Shown here piece after piece: positions 37,930 through 46,158 of a stretch of 64,000 nt of DNA (within the stretch, counting starts at the first letter, position 1; every line of letters starts with the position of its first letter). The notes below the pieces were generated by a model, which was given only the letters and a program-made list of their open reading frames with translations, was not told where the DNA came from and searched no databases. The translations under genes were made by a program, and so were the position numbers. The stretch lies in assembly GCA_947165815.1 (NCBI GenBank), contig CAMVBZ010000001.1:3633-67632 (forward strand), read 5' to 3'. Origin of the DNA: an uncultured Clostridia bacterium (GTDB taxonomy: Bacteria > Bacillota > Clostridia > Christensenellales > CAG-917).

Positions 37930-38006
37930 TGGTGCGGGATATAAGACTTGAACTTATGACCTCTACGATGTCAACGTAGCGCTCTAACCAACTGAGCTAA
38001 TCTCGC
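37930..38006 (-). tRNA. tRNA-Val (anticodon GAC), CCA encoded
   Basis: Manual cloverleaf: acceptor GCGAGAT/ATCCCGC (A4:C69 mismatch), D arm GCTC-AGTTGGTTA-GAGC, anticodon arm CTACG-TTGACAT-CGTAG, T arm ATAAG-TTCAAGT-CTTAT, discriminator A plus CCA. 77 nt. Confidence 0.85.
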
Positions 38007-38017
38007 AAAGCAAAGTT

Positions 38018-38046
38018 ATAATACACCATTTTTTTTGGATTATCAA
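38018..38046 (-). promoter_or_regulatory. Sigma70-like promoter for tRNA-Val
   Basis: Minus-strand TTGATA (38041-38046), 17-nt spacer, TATTAT (38018-38023), about 11 nt upstream of the tRNA 5' end. Confidence 0.55.
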
Positions 38047-38060
38047 GTATTTTATATATA

Positions 38061-38088
38061 AAAGAAACCCCTTGGCTTAACCAAGAGG
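38061..38088 (-). terminator. Hairpin terminator (second of two) between the ABC operon and the tRNA promoter
   Basis: Minus-strand CCTCTTGG-TTAAG-CCAAGGGG followed by TTTCTTTTAT. Confidence 0.5.
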
Positions 38089-38198
38089 ATCTTTATTGAG
38101 AGAGGATTATTATGAAAAATTTTGTTTGTTTCTTTGCTTTTCTTGTCTTTATTATAAAAAGGGAATATTAAAGGAACATTAAAAAATAAAAAAATTTT

Positions 38199-38231
38199 TA
38201 AAAAATAAAACCGAAGATTTTTCTCTCCGGT
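38199..38231 (-). terminator. Rho-independent terminator after the ABC permease genes
   Basis: Minus-strand ACCGGAGA-GAAAAA-TCTTCGGT (one G:U pair) followed by TTTATTTTTT. Confidence 0.65.
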
Positions 38232-38258
38232 TTTAGTAATAAATATAAGTTCTTTTTG

Positions 38259-39218
38259 CTATCTTTCTTCTCTAAAGTATGGAACACCAAGAGATGCTGG
38301 TGGTTGTAATTCTTTCTTTCTTAATAAACTAATTGCTATTAAAACAATAATTGTTACAACATATGGAATCATCTTAATTAATTCTCTGTATTGGAATGGA
38401 ACATTAACGTAAGATGGAAGAATATAGAATGCTGCGAATAAAATAGAACCAGCTATACCAATGTTTGGTCTCCATACTGAGAAGATAACAAGGGCGATAG
38501 ACAACCAACCTAATGCCTCAATTGTATATTCCCAGTTACCACCAAGATAGTCAAAGATGAAGAATAATCCACCAAGGCCAGATATTCCAGCACCTACAAT
38601 ACAAGCGATATATTTATATTTAATAACATTAATACCTACTGCATCTGCTGCTGCTGGGTTCTCACCTACGGCTCTTAAACTTAATCCTTGTTTAGATCTC
38701 TTAATGAATCCCGCAACCAAAATAGCAAGTACAATTGCGATATAAACTAAACATCCATATGTTAAGAATAAATCACTAAACCATCCTGCTCTATCTGCAC
38801 CTGGAGCGTATGCTGTGAATGCCTTACTTACTACTGTTGTAAATCCAGTTACATCTACTTGTGGGATAATAAAGTTTGTTATACCAACACCAAATGTTGT
38901 AATTGCAAGACCAGATACGTTTTGGTTGCTTCTTAATGTAATTGTTAAGAATGCATATAGTAAACCGCCTGCACCGGCAAATAGCATTGCACATAATATA
39001 CCTATTATTACTACAGCAAAACCATTGGCTTGGCTCATATCTGACAATCCTTTAAGATATGCTTCCTCACCTACACAAGCACCTGCTGCACCAAGACACA
39101 TAATTCCTGGAATACCAAGATTTAAATGCCCTGCTCTTTCTGTAATAGTTTCACCTGTTGAGCCAAAGAGGAATGTTGTGCTTAATCTTATTGCACTACG
39201 TAAGAATACTAAAAACAT
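38259..39218 (-). CDS. ABC transporter permease (BMP/nucleoside-type importer, second permease)
   Basis: 319 aa with about 8-9 TM helices. Adjacent to the other permease, the ATPase and the BMP lipoprotein. Confidence 0.8.
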   Translation of the reverse strand: MFLVFLRSAIRLSTTFLFGSTGETITERAGHLNLGIPGIMCLGAAGACVGEEAYLKGLSDMSQANGFAVVIIGILCAMLFAGAGGLLYAFLTITLRSNQNVSGLAITTFGVGITNFIIPQVDVTGFTTVVSKAFTAYAPGADRAGWFSDLFLTYGCLVYIAIVLAILVAGFIKRSKQGLSLRAVGENPAAADAVGINVIKYKYIACIVGAGISGLGGLFFIFDYLGGNWEYTIEALGWLSIALVIFSVWRPNIGIAGSILFAAFYILPSYVNVPFQYRELIKMIPYVVTIIVLIAISLLRKKELQPPASLGVPYFREER

Positions 39219-39220
39219 AA

Positions 39221-40558
39221 TTATTTATCCTCCTTTTCTTCGTTCTCTGCTGTTTTTTCAACAGGAGGTTTTTCTTTTTGAGGAGTGAATGTATCATTCC
39301 CTTCAAAATTCTTTGATTTAGTAATAGTTCTTTCAAAGTATCTTGTACCAATAGATTCCAATTCTTCTTCGAATTGTTCTTCTGTAATGATATCTTCCTT
39401 CTTTGTCTCCTCTTTCTCAACTTTGTTTCCAAATGTAGCAAGTGAATCTGCAGTTTTTGCGACTTTCTTGTGTTTGTGTATTTTGAATACTACGTTGTAA
39501 TTTACCAAGAATTCTGCTGCTATAACGATAACGAAGAATAATCCAACAACGATACTACCAAATGCTGAACTACTACCAATATGATATGTTGAAGCAACTT
39601 GTGCTGCACCTGTTTGCATAAATACTACTAAGAATGCAGAACCAAGCATAATAATTGGATTTAATTGTCCAAGCCAAGCAACTAAGATGGCTGTGAATCC
39701 TCTTCCTGCAACTAGTGTAGAGTTAATTGTTGGTGTTGGACTTCCTCCAACCAAGAACCATCCTGCTAAGCCACAAAGAGCACCGGATAATACCATAGTT
39801 CTAATAATAACACTCTTAACATTAATACCAATGTATTTTGCTGTGTTTACACTTTCACCTACAACATTAATTTCATAACCATGTTTACTATATTTAATGT
39901 ATATAAATAGGATCGCCGTAACTATAGTTACCAATACAATATTAATAATATAGTTCATTCCAAATGCATCTGAGAAACTACCATATTTTAAGATACCAAT
40001 TGTACCAGAACCATTAGGTGCCCATATGTTAATTGCGAATAAAACTAATTGAATTGCAATATAGTTCATCATTAGTGTAAACAATGTTTCATTGGTATTC
40101 CAAATAGCTTTAAATATAGCTGGAATTAATCCCCAAATAGCACCGAATATAATACTGAATAAAAGCATTAAGATAATGAGTACTTCTTCTGGTAACACTT
40201 TACCCCATTCTTTAATGACAACTACTGATGCAAGTGCACCCATTAATGTTTGGCCTTCTGCACCAATATTCCAAAACTTCATTTTGAATGCAGGAACTAG
40301 TGCCAAACCAATCATTAATAACATTACCCAACCATTAAGGAACTTCAATGCTTTGTTTGCAGTACCCATCGTTCCAACAAACATTTCTTTAAAGAATCCG
40401 CCCATATCTCCTTTGGTTAGGATTGTAGAAACTATAGCGGTTAGAATAAATGCTATGACAATTGCACCACCTCTAACGAGCCATGCTTTCCATGCCACTA
40501 TATCTGTTCTTTTTGTAATGTGGAAAGGAAGTTCAAATTTAATTTTGCTTGATGCCAT
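39221..40558 (-). CDS. ABC transporter permease (BMP/nucleoside-type importer) with a ~95-aa charged C-terminal extension
   Basis: Polytopic core followed by the tail KHKKVAKTADS...EKTAENEEKEDK. Start overlaps the ATPase gene by 20 nt. Confidence 0.8.
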   Translation of the reverse strand: MASSKIKFELPFHITKRTDIVAWKAWLVRGGAIVIAFILTAIVSTILTKGDMGGFFKEMFVGTMGTANKALKFLNGWVMLLMIGLALVPAFKMKFWNIGAEGQTLMGALASVVVIKEWGKVLPEEVLIILMLLFSIIFGAIWGLIPAIFKAIWNTNETLFTLMMNYIAIQLVLFAINIWAPNGSGTIGILKYGSFSDAFGMNYIINIVLVTIVTAILFIYIKYSKHGYEINVVGESVNTAKYIGINVKSVIIRTMVLSGALCGLAGWFLVGGSPTPTINSTLVAGRGFTAILVAWLGQLNPIIMLGSAFLVVFMQTGAAQVASTYHIGSSSAFGSIVVGLFFVIVIAAEFLVNYNVVFKIHKHKKVAKTADSLATFGNKVEKEETKKEDIITEEQFEEELESIGTRYFERTITKSKNFEGNDTFTPQKEKPPVEKTAENEEKEDK

Positions 40559-42620
40559 TATCTTCTACCTCCTCCACTTCATTATTTTCTTGTGTTGAAT
40601 CATTCTCTTCTCCAACATGTTTGGTCATTAATAAACCAACCTCGTCCTTCTTTGCTGTTTTTCCATCTACGATACCAGTTATCTTACCACCGCATAAGAC
40701 GAGAATTCTATCACATAATTCTAGTAAAACGTCCAAATCTTCTCCAACGAAGATAACTGCAACGTTCTTTTCTTTTTGTTTATTTAAAAGGTTATAAATA
40801 AGATATGATGAGTTGATATCCAAACCTCTTACTGGATATGCAGCCATTAAAACTTTTGGTGATGAGGAAATTTCTCTTCCAACCAAAACCTTTTGAACGT
40901 TACCACCTGACAATCTTCTAACTGGTGTTTGATCACTAGGTGTTACAACTTCAAGTTCCTCTATGATATTATCTGCCAAGTTCTTAGGTCTTTTTCTATT
41001 TAAGAAAGCTGTCTTGCCCTTTCTGTAACTTCTTAGGAGCATATTATCTACAATACTCATATTTCCTACCAAACCCATATTTAAACGGTCTTCTGGAACG
41101 AATGAGAGCTTGATGCCTAATTCTTGAATTTCTCTTGGTTTCTTATCTCTTAAATTAATAATTTCATTTTCATAATAGAGAATCTGTTCATTATTGACTA
41201 ACTTCTTAATCTCTCCATTAGATTTACCCTTTAATACAACAGGAGTACCATCTGGATAATGGAACATACCCTTCTCTGCTTTTTCCTTAATTTGTTTAAT
41301 GTCATTATGGAAGAAAGTAACTGGTTTATTTTCTTTTGGATTATGGAATATAATCTCACCAGACTCAACTCGTTGCAAACCTGCGATACCTTCAAGGAGT
41401 TCTTTTTGTCCATTTCCTGCAATACCTGCAATACCAAGTATTTCACCGCCATTTGCAGTAAATGAAATGTCATCTATTACTTTTCTTCCCTCATTATTTT
41501 GAATTGTTAAATTATTAATTACTAGTCTTGGTTTTGGATCTACTGGGTCTTTTCTATCTATGTTAAGATCAACCTTCTTTCCAACCATCATTTCAGTGAG
41601 TTCTTTGTAATTTGTTTCAGCTGTATTTACTGTTCCAATATATTCACCTTTTCTCAATACAGAAACTCTATCTGAAATTTCCATAACTTCGTTAAGCTTA
41701 TGAGTAATAATGATAATGGCCTTATCATCCTCTTTCATTTTACGAAGTACATCAAATAATTTTCTAATTTCTTGTGGTGTTAAAACAGCTGTTGGTTCAT
41801 CCAAAATAAGGATGTTAGCACCTCTGTATAATACCTTTATAATCTCGACAGTTTGTTTTTCAGAAACAGACATATCGTATATTTTCTTACTTAAGTCTAT
41901 ATCAAACCCAAACTTTTTAATATAGTGTTGAATTGCTTCTATACGACCTCTTGCCAAGTAGTTAAATTTGTTTCTTTCCCAGAATCTTAACAATGGCATT
42001 ACGGCAGTCTTAATAGCAACTTTAAGATATGCTCTTTGACGTTTCATCAAATACTTGGCATATATTCTAGACCTTGCTTCTGGATTTTCAGCATTAAGTG
42101 CTGCATCTCTAACTTCCTTTGCTGAAGAAATAGAACCTCTATAATCACTAAAGTAACTGTTCAATACTTTTCTATTGTCAACTTTAAGGATTTTATCGCC
42201 AAGGATTATATTATCTGCTGCGGTAAATACATCAACAAGTTTAAAGTGTTGGTGAATCATACCGATGTGATTTTCAAAAGCATCTTGAGGAGATCTGATT
42301 TGAACTTCCTTTCCATTAATAAATATTTGACCTTCATCTGGATAGTAAATACCAGATATCATATTCATCAATGTTGTTTTACCAGAACCATTCTCCCCTA
42401 AAATAGCAAGAATTTCACCCTTCTTCAAGGTGAGATTAATGTTGTTATTTGCACGAACTTCTCCGAAGTGTTTTGATATTCCTCTTAATTCTATAACAGG
42501 GGTATCATCTTTCACTTCTTCCACTTGCTCAACTTCAGTAGTCTTTTCTTCTTCTGGAGAAACTTCGCTTACTTCTTTGGTAATTTCGTTTTCCACGATT
42601 ACCTCCATTTTAGTTTGCAA
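40539..42620 (-). CDS. ABC transporter ATP-binding protein, duplicated NBD (sugar/nucleoside type), with an acidic N-terminal extension and an insertion in NBD1
   Basis: NBD1: Walker A GENGSGKTT, Q-loop IHQ, signature MSVSEKQ, Walker B ILILDEPT. NBD2: LSGGNVQK signature, VIFVGEDLD. Confidence 0.85.
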   Translation of the reverse strand: MQTKMEVIVENEITKEVSEVSPEEEKTTEVEQVEEVKDDTPVIELRGISKHFGEVRANNNINLTLKKGEILAILGENGSGKTTLMNMISGIYYPDEGQIFINGKEVQIRSPQDAFENHIGMIHQHFKLVDVFTAADNIILGDKILKVDNRKVLNSYFSDYRGSISSAKEVRDAALNAENPEARSRIYAKYLMKRQRAYLKVAIKTAVMPLLRFWERNKFNYLARGRIEAIQHYIKKFGFDIDLSKKIYDMSVSEKQTVEIIKVLYRGANILILDEPTAVLTPQEIRKLFDVLRKMKEDDKAIIIITHKLNEVMEISDRVSVLRKGEYIGTVNTAETNYKELTEMMVGKKVDLNIDRKDPVDPKPRLVINNLTIQNNEGRKVIDDISFTANGGEILGIAGIAGNGQKELLEGIAGLQRVESGEIIFHNPKENKPVTFFHNDIKQIKEKAEKGMFHYPDGTPVVLKGKSNGEIKKLVNNEQILYYENEIINLRDKKPREIQELGIKLSFVPEDRLNMGLVGNMSIVDNMLLRSYRKGKTAFLNRKRPKNLADNIIEELEVVTPSDQTPVRRLSGGNVQKVLVGREISSSPKVLMAAYPVRGLDINSSYLIYNLLNKQKEKNVAVIFVGEDLDVLLELCDRILVLCGGKITGIVDGKTAKKDEVGLLMTKHVGEENDSTQENNEVEEVEDNGIKQN

Positions 42621-42621
42621 T

Positions 42622-42656
42622 TAAAAAAAGCAAGACGGAGTTTTTTGGGCTCCGCC
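42622..42656 (-). terminator. Intra-operon hairpin/attenuator between the BMP lipoprotein gene and the ATPase gene
   Basis: Minus-strand GGCGGAG-CCCAAAAAA-CTCCGTC followed by TTGCTTTTTTT. It may set the binding-protein to transporter stoichiometry. Confidence 0.55.
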
Positions 42657-42677
42657 TTACCTATTTCAATTTAATTA

Positions 42678-43958
42678 TTATGCATTAAGTGGTGAAATAC
42701 CGTCAATTGTTAATCCAAAGTATGGAGCTGAACGATATGTGCTTTCTGCAATATAAGTTGTGTTGCCAGACTTTAATACAACGTTTGTATCTGCTTCGAA
42801 GTTTTCATCTGAGATAACGTTTGCAACGTATTCTGTAAGGGTTAGACCACTAACTGTGAACTTGGAGCAATCGAAAACTTTTAATGTGCCAGCTTCGAAT
42901 TGTGCCTTTGCTGCTGCGATAGCTGCTGCTGTTCCATCTGCAACTGCACTGCCTAATTCTAATGTTTCAACTGCGCCTGTTGCGAAACCACCTGTCCAAT
43001 CATCTGGGATGTCTTTGCCATATTGTACACATTCAATGATGTATTTGAAGTATGTTCCCCAGTTAATCTTACATCCTGCAAGATATGTGTTTGGACATGC
43101 TGTTTTTGTGCTTACGTTATATGTTACGTTTGGAACACCTTTTGATTCACATGTTGATGGAGCACCCATTGAGTCTGCGTGTTGGCTAATAAGGGCACAA
43201 CCTGCATTGATTAATGCTAATGCTGAGTTTGCTTCTGCTGTTGGGTCAAACCAGCTATTTGTGAATGTTGTCTTCATTGTAACTTGTGGACATACAGATT
43301 TTGCACCAAGATAGAATGATGTTAATCCAGAAACAACTTCTTCATATGGATATGCACCAACATAACCCATAACAGCTTGAGCTGCTGTGATTGTGTTATT
43401 ATTGATCATTTCATTTAATTTCATACCTGCTGCGATACCTGCAAGATATCTTCCTTCGTAAATGTTTGCAAATGCTGTTTGGAAGTTAGATACGTTTGCA
43501 ATACGTCCTGTTGTACCTGTTGCATGACAGAATTGAACGTTTGGATATGCTTTTGCTGCTTGTACCATGAATGGTTCATGACCAAATGAATCTGCGAAAA
43601 CGATGTCAAATCCTGCTTCTGCCAACTCAACTGCTTTATCATAGCAAGCGTTTGATTCTTCAATACCAGATTCAACTCTAAGAGCTACACCCATTTCTGC
43701 GCAAACTGCTGTTGCTGCATCGATGAAGTTCTTATCATATGTAGATGAGCTGTCATGTAATGTGATTAAACCAAATTTGATAGATGATTTTACAACGCCA
43801 CCTGTTTTGTCAACTGTAACGTTATCAATATTTGTCATTGGGTCTAACTTGATAGTATCATCTGCATTGTTGCCTTTCTTATTACATGCTACGAATGTTG
43901 CACATAATGCTGCGATTAATGCTACTACTACGAGTAAAACAAAAACTTTCTTTTTCAT
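42678..43958 (-). CDS. BMP-family (PnrA-like) substrate-binding lipoprotein of the nucleoside ABC importer
   Basis: Lipobox FVAC. BMP-like sequence throughout (FGLITLHDSSSTYDKNF, GYVGAYPYEEVVSG). GGAGAA RBS. Confidence 0.85.
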   Translation of the reverse strand: MKKKVFVLLVVVALIAALCATFVACNKKGNNADDTIKLDPMTNIDNVTVDKTGGVVKSSIKFGLITLHDSSSTYDKNFIDAATAVCAEMGVALRVESGIEESNACYDKAVELAEAGFDIVFADSFGHEPFMVQAAKAYPNVQFCHATGTTGRIANVSNFQTAFANIYEGRYLAGIAAGMKLNEMINNNTITAAQAVMGYVGAYPYEEVVSGLTSFYLGAKSVCPQVTMKTTFTNSWFDPTAEANSALALINAGCALISQHADSMGAPSTCESKGVPNVTYNVSTKTACPNTYLAGCKINWGTYFKYIIECVQYGKDIPDDWTGGFATGAVETLELGSAVADGTAAAIAAAKAQFEAGTLKVFDCSKFTVSGLTLTEYVANVISDENFEADTNVVLKSGNTTYIAESTYRSAPYFGLTIDGISPLNA

Positions 43959-44019
43959 AAATATTCTCCTTTTTAAAGTGCCGTTTTGGCATTATTTTTT
44001 GTTGTTCTTAATTTATTTC

Positions 44020-44595
44020 TTAGTCTTCAAAAACGATTCCGTCTTCTACTGACATAGATTTGATTTTAGCAAGGGATTCAATTCTAACTCCCTTTGAAGC
44101 AAGCTCAGCACCGCCACCTTGATATACTTTTTCTATTGCTATTGCGCATCCAACTAGATTAGCACCACTTTCTTTAACGATTCCTGTTAATGCATTAAGC
44201 GCACTTCCCTTTGCAAGAAAATCGTCCACAATAAGAATTGAGTCATCTTTGGAAATGAATCTCTTTTCTACTTGAATAAGATTGGTTGCACCTTTTGTGT
44301 AAGAGAAAGCTTCAACCGAATAAACATCTTGAGACATGTTCTTGTTTTTATTTTTCTTTGCAAAAATTATTGGAACATTAATATATCTAGATACTGCCAT
44401 AGCAATAGCAATACCAGATGCTTCTATTGTTAATATTTTGGTAATTTTGCTCTTGGAAAAAATGTCGGCGATTTCTCTACCGATGTGATCCAACAACTCT
44501 GTATCTAGTTGATGGTTCAAAAAACTTGAAACTTTTAGAACGTCACCTGGATAGATCTCTCCGTCCTTGACGATCCTGTCTTTCAATTCCTGCAT
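44020..44595 (-). CDS. xpt: Xanthine phosphoribosyltransferase
   Basis: Full-length similarity to the Xpt family as I recall it (LKVSSFLNHQLD, ILTIEASGIAIA, PRPP-binding loop ILIVDDFLAKGSA). Confidence 0.85.
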   Translation of the reverse strand: MQELKDRIVKDGEIYPGDVLKVSSFLNHQLDTELLDHIGREIADIFSKSKITKILTIEASGIAIAMAVSRYINVPIIFAKKNKNKNMSQDVYSVEAFSYTKGATNLIQVEKRFISKDDSILIVDDFLAKGSALNALTGIVKESGANLVGCAIAIEKVYQGGGAELASKGVRIESLAKIKSMSVEDGIVFED

Positions 44596-44683
44596 GTGCT
44601 ATCCTCTCTACACCACAATATATTGTGTCTGGACCCGGACTTTTTGCCCGTAACTTGTGTCAGCTTTGCTCTAAGATATGCAA

Positions 44684-44712
44684 ATTATATATAATATAAT
44701 TGATAATATCAA
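44684..44712 (-). promoter_or_regulatory. Sigma70-like promoter of the xpt-BMP operon; the -35 lies in a perfect palindrome
   Basis: Minus-strand TTGATA (44707-44712), 17-nt spacer, TATAAT (44684-44689). The -35 is half of the palindrome TTGATA-N-TATCAA (44700-44712). Confidence 0.55.
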
Positions 44713-44841
44713 GCAAAAACCTAGCATTTTTGACAAAAAATTTTTATACATTTTTTATGCATTTATACATATACATTTTTATGCAATTTTTTATACATTA
44801 AAAGTCCACTATTCACGCACGTACACAAACAATAATATTAT

Positions 44842-44868
44842 AAAAGGAGAGAAATAATCCCTCCTTTT
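44842..44868 (-). terminator. Hairpin downstream of the aldolase-like gene (possible terminator)
   Basis: AAAAGGAG-11 nt-CTCCTTTT, symmetric on both strands. The U-tract is part of the stem, so the call is weak. Confidence 0.4.
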
Positions 44869-44893
44869 GCATAATAATAATTTTTTAAAAATC

Positions 44894-46141
44894 TTAATCT
44901 TCTAAGTACTTCTTGCAAGCGTTTTCTAAATCATAGCAAACTTGGAAAGCTTCTTCTAAAGTATTTCCTCTTGCAACGATACCATGATTCTTTAAGAATA
45001 CTGCTGGTGCATCTCCAATAGCTGCTGTTACGCTCTTAACGAGTTTCTTTGTGCCTGGGAGTCCACCTGTTGTACAAGGAATAGATTCACCTAATGTTGC
45101 CTTATACTCTTCTGGAACTTGCAATGCTTTTCCCATAGAAGCAAGAATACAACCATATTTTGGATGTGAATGTAATACCCAAGTTGTTTCTTTCTTAGCA
45201 AGCATTAAAGCACCATGAATTTTCTTTTCTGATGTTGGCTTGTTGGATCCTTGCCATTCCATTGTTTCGATATCTACGATTGCCATTTGTTCTGGTTTAA
45301 GCATTACATAGTCTAGTGCACTTGGTGTACAAAGGATGTGTTTATCATCTACTCTAACAGAAATGTTGCCCCATGTTCCTTGAACAAGGTTTTCGTTTAG
45401 CATTCTTACGCCAACGTCTTTAACTTCTTGTGCAAGTTTTTTGAGTTCATCTGTTGTAATTGCAGATGGTTGTTCTTCTGTCTTTTCTGCTACGCCAGAT
45501 TCTGCTGCTTTTTGTGCATCTTGGTTCTTCTTGGAATATTTGAGTTTATATACAACGTGTTCAAGACAAGCATCTAATGCACCAAGTGGTTTGCTTCCAC
45601 CCTTTTTCTCTGCGAGAAGATAACAGTTACATGCTTTATCTAATACTAATGTTGCCGTATGAACTTCATCCAATGTTCTACCAGTTACAATTGCTCCAGC
45701 ATCTGGTAAGAAACAACAATTTCTTAATCCTCTGATTGCTCTTAATACCTCTATTGCTGTGTTTTCTTTTGCACACTTTACAGTAACACCACAAATTTGA
45801 GACATATCATCTAAAACTGGCGGCAATGTTTTCTTTTTGGAAGAGAACTTTAATATATTCTCGCTATCTACAATAGCTGCTGCTCCAATCTTGTCATCAT
45901 GTCTAAAGAGACAGAAAAGAAGAACTGCTGCTGCTCTTTCATTGCCTTGAAGTTTTTCAATGTTTTTATCATCAACGTACATAATTGAACCAACTTCTAG
46001 TTTGCTCAAATCTGCACCTAATTGTGTCATTGCAATACCCGTATCGCATCTAACAGCAATAGCACCAGAAGCTATATATCCATCTGCAACAAATTTTTGT
46101 GCATAGGATATAATATTTTTTTGAACTGTTTCGGTTATCAT
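44894..46141 (-). CDS. Class II aldolase/adducin-family protein with two aldolase-like halves
   Basis: The C-terminal half has GTWGNISVRVDDKHILCTPS and VLHSHPKYG (metal-binding His motif). The N-terminal half is a degenerate copy (GAIAVRCDTGIAMT). Confidence 0.6.
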   Translation of the reverse strand: MITETVQKNIISYAQKFVADGYIASGAIAVRCDTGIAMTQLGADLSKLEVGSIMYVDDKNIEKLQGNERAAAVLLFCLFRHDDKIGAAAIVDSENILKFSSKKKTLPPVLDDMSQICGVTVKCAKENTAIEVLRAIRGLRNCCFLPDAGAIVTGRTLDEVHTATLVLDKACNCYLLAEKKGGSKPLGALDACLEHVVYKLKYSKKNQDAQKAAESGVAEKTEEQPSAITTDELKKLAQEVKDVGVRMLNENLVQGTWGNISVRVDDKHILCTPSALDYVMLKPEQMAIVDIETMEWQGSNKPTSEKKIHGALMLAKKETTWVLHSHPKYGCILASMGKALQVPEEYKATLGESIPCTTGGLPGTKKLVKSVTAAIGDAPAVFLKNHGIVARGNTLEEAFQVCYDLENACKKYLED

Positions 46142-46158
46142 CTTAGTATTTCCTTATA

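Noticed and set aside
5942-38006. Classical ICE or genomic island integrated at tRNA-Val
   Set aside because: No integrase, DDE recombinase or relaxase motif is visible in any ORF. I could not find a direct repeat of the tRNA 3' end at the distal border or in other spacers. The block is kept as a T4SS-like locus of unclear mobility instead.
42760-43314. 184-aa plus-strand ORF within the BMP lipoprotein gene, and 168-aa ORF at 40092..40598
   Set aside because: Both are antisense to well-supported transporter genes and have no RBS.
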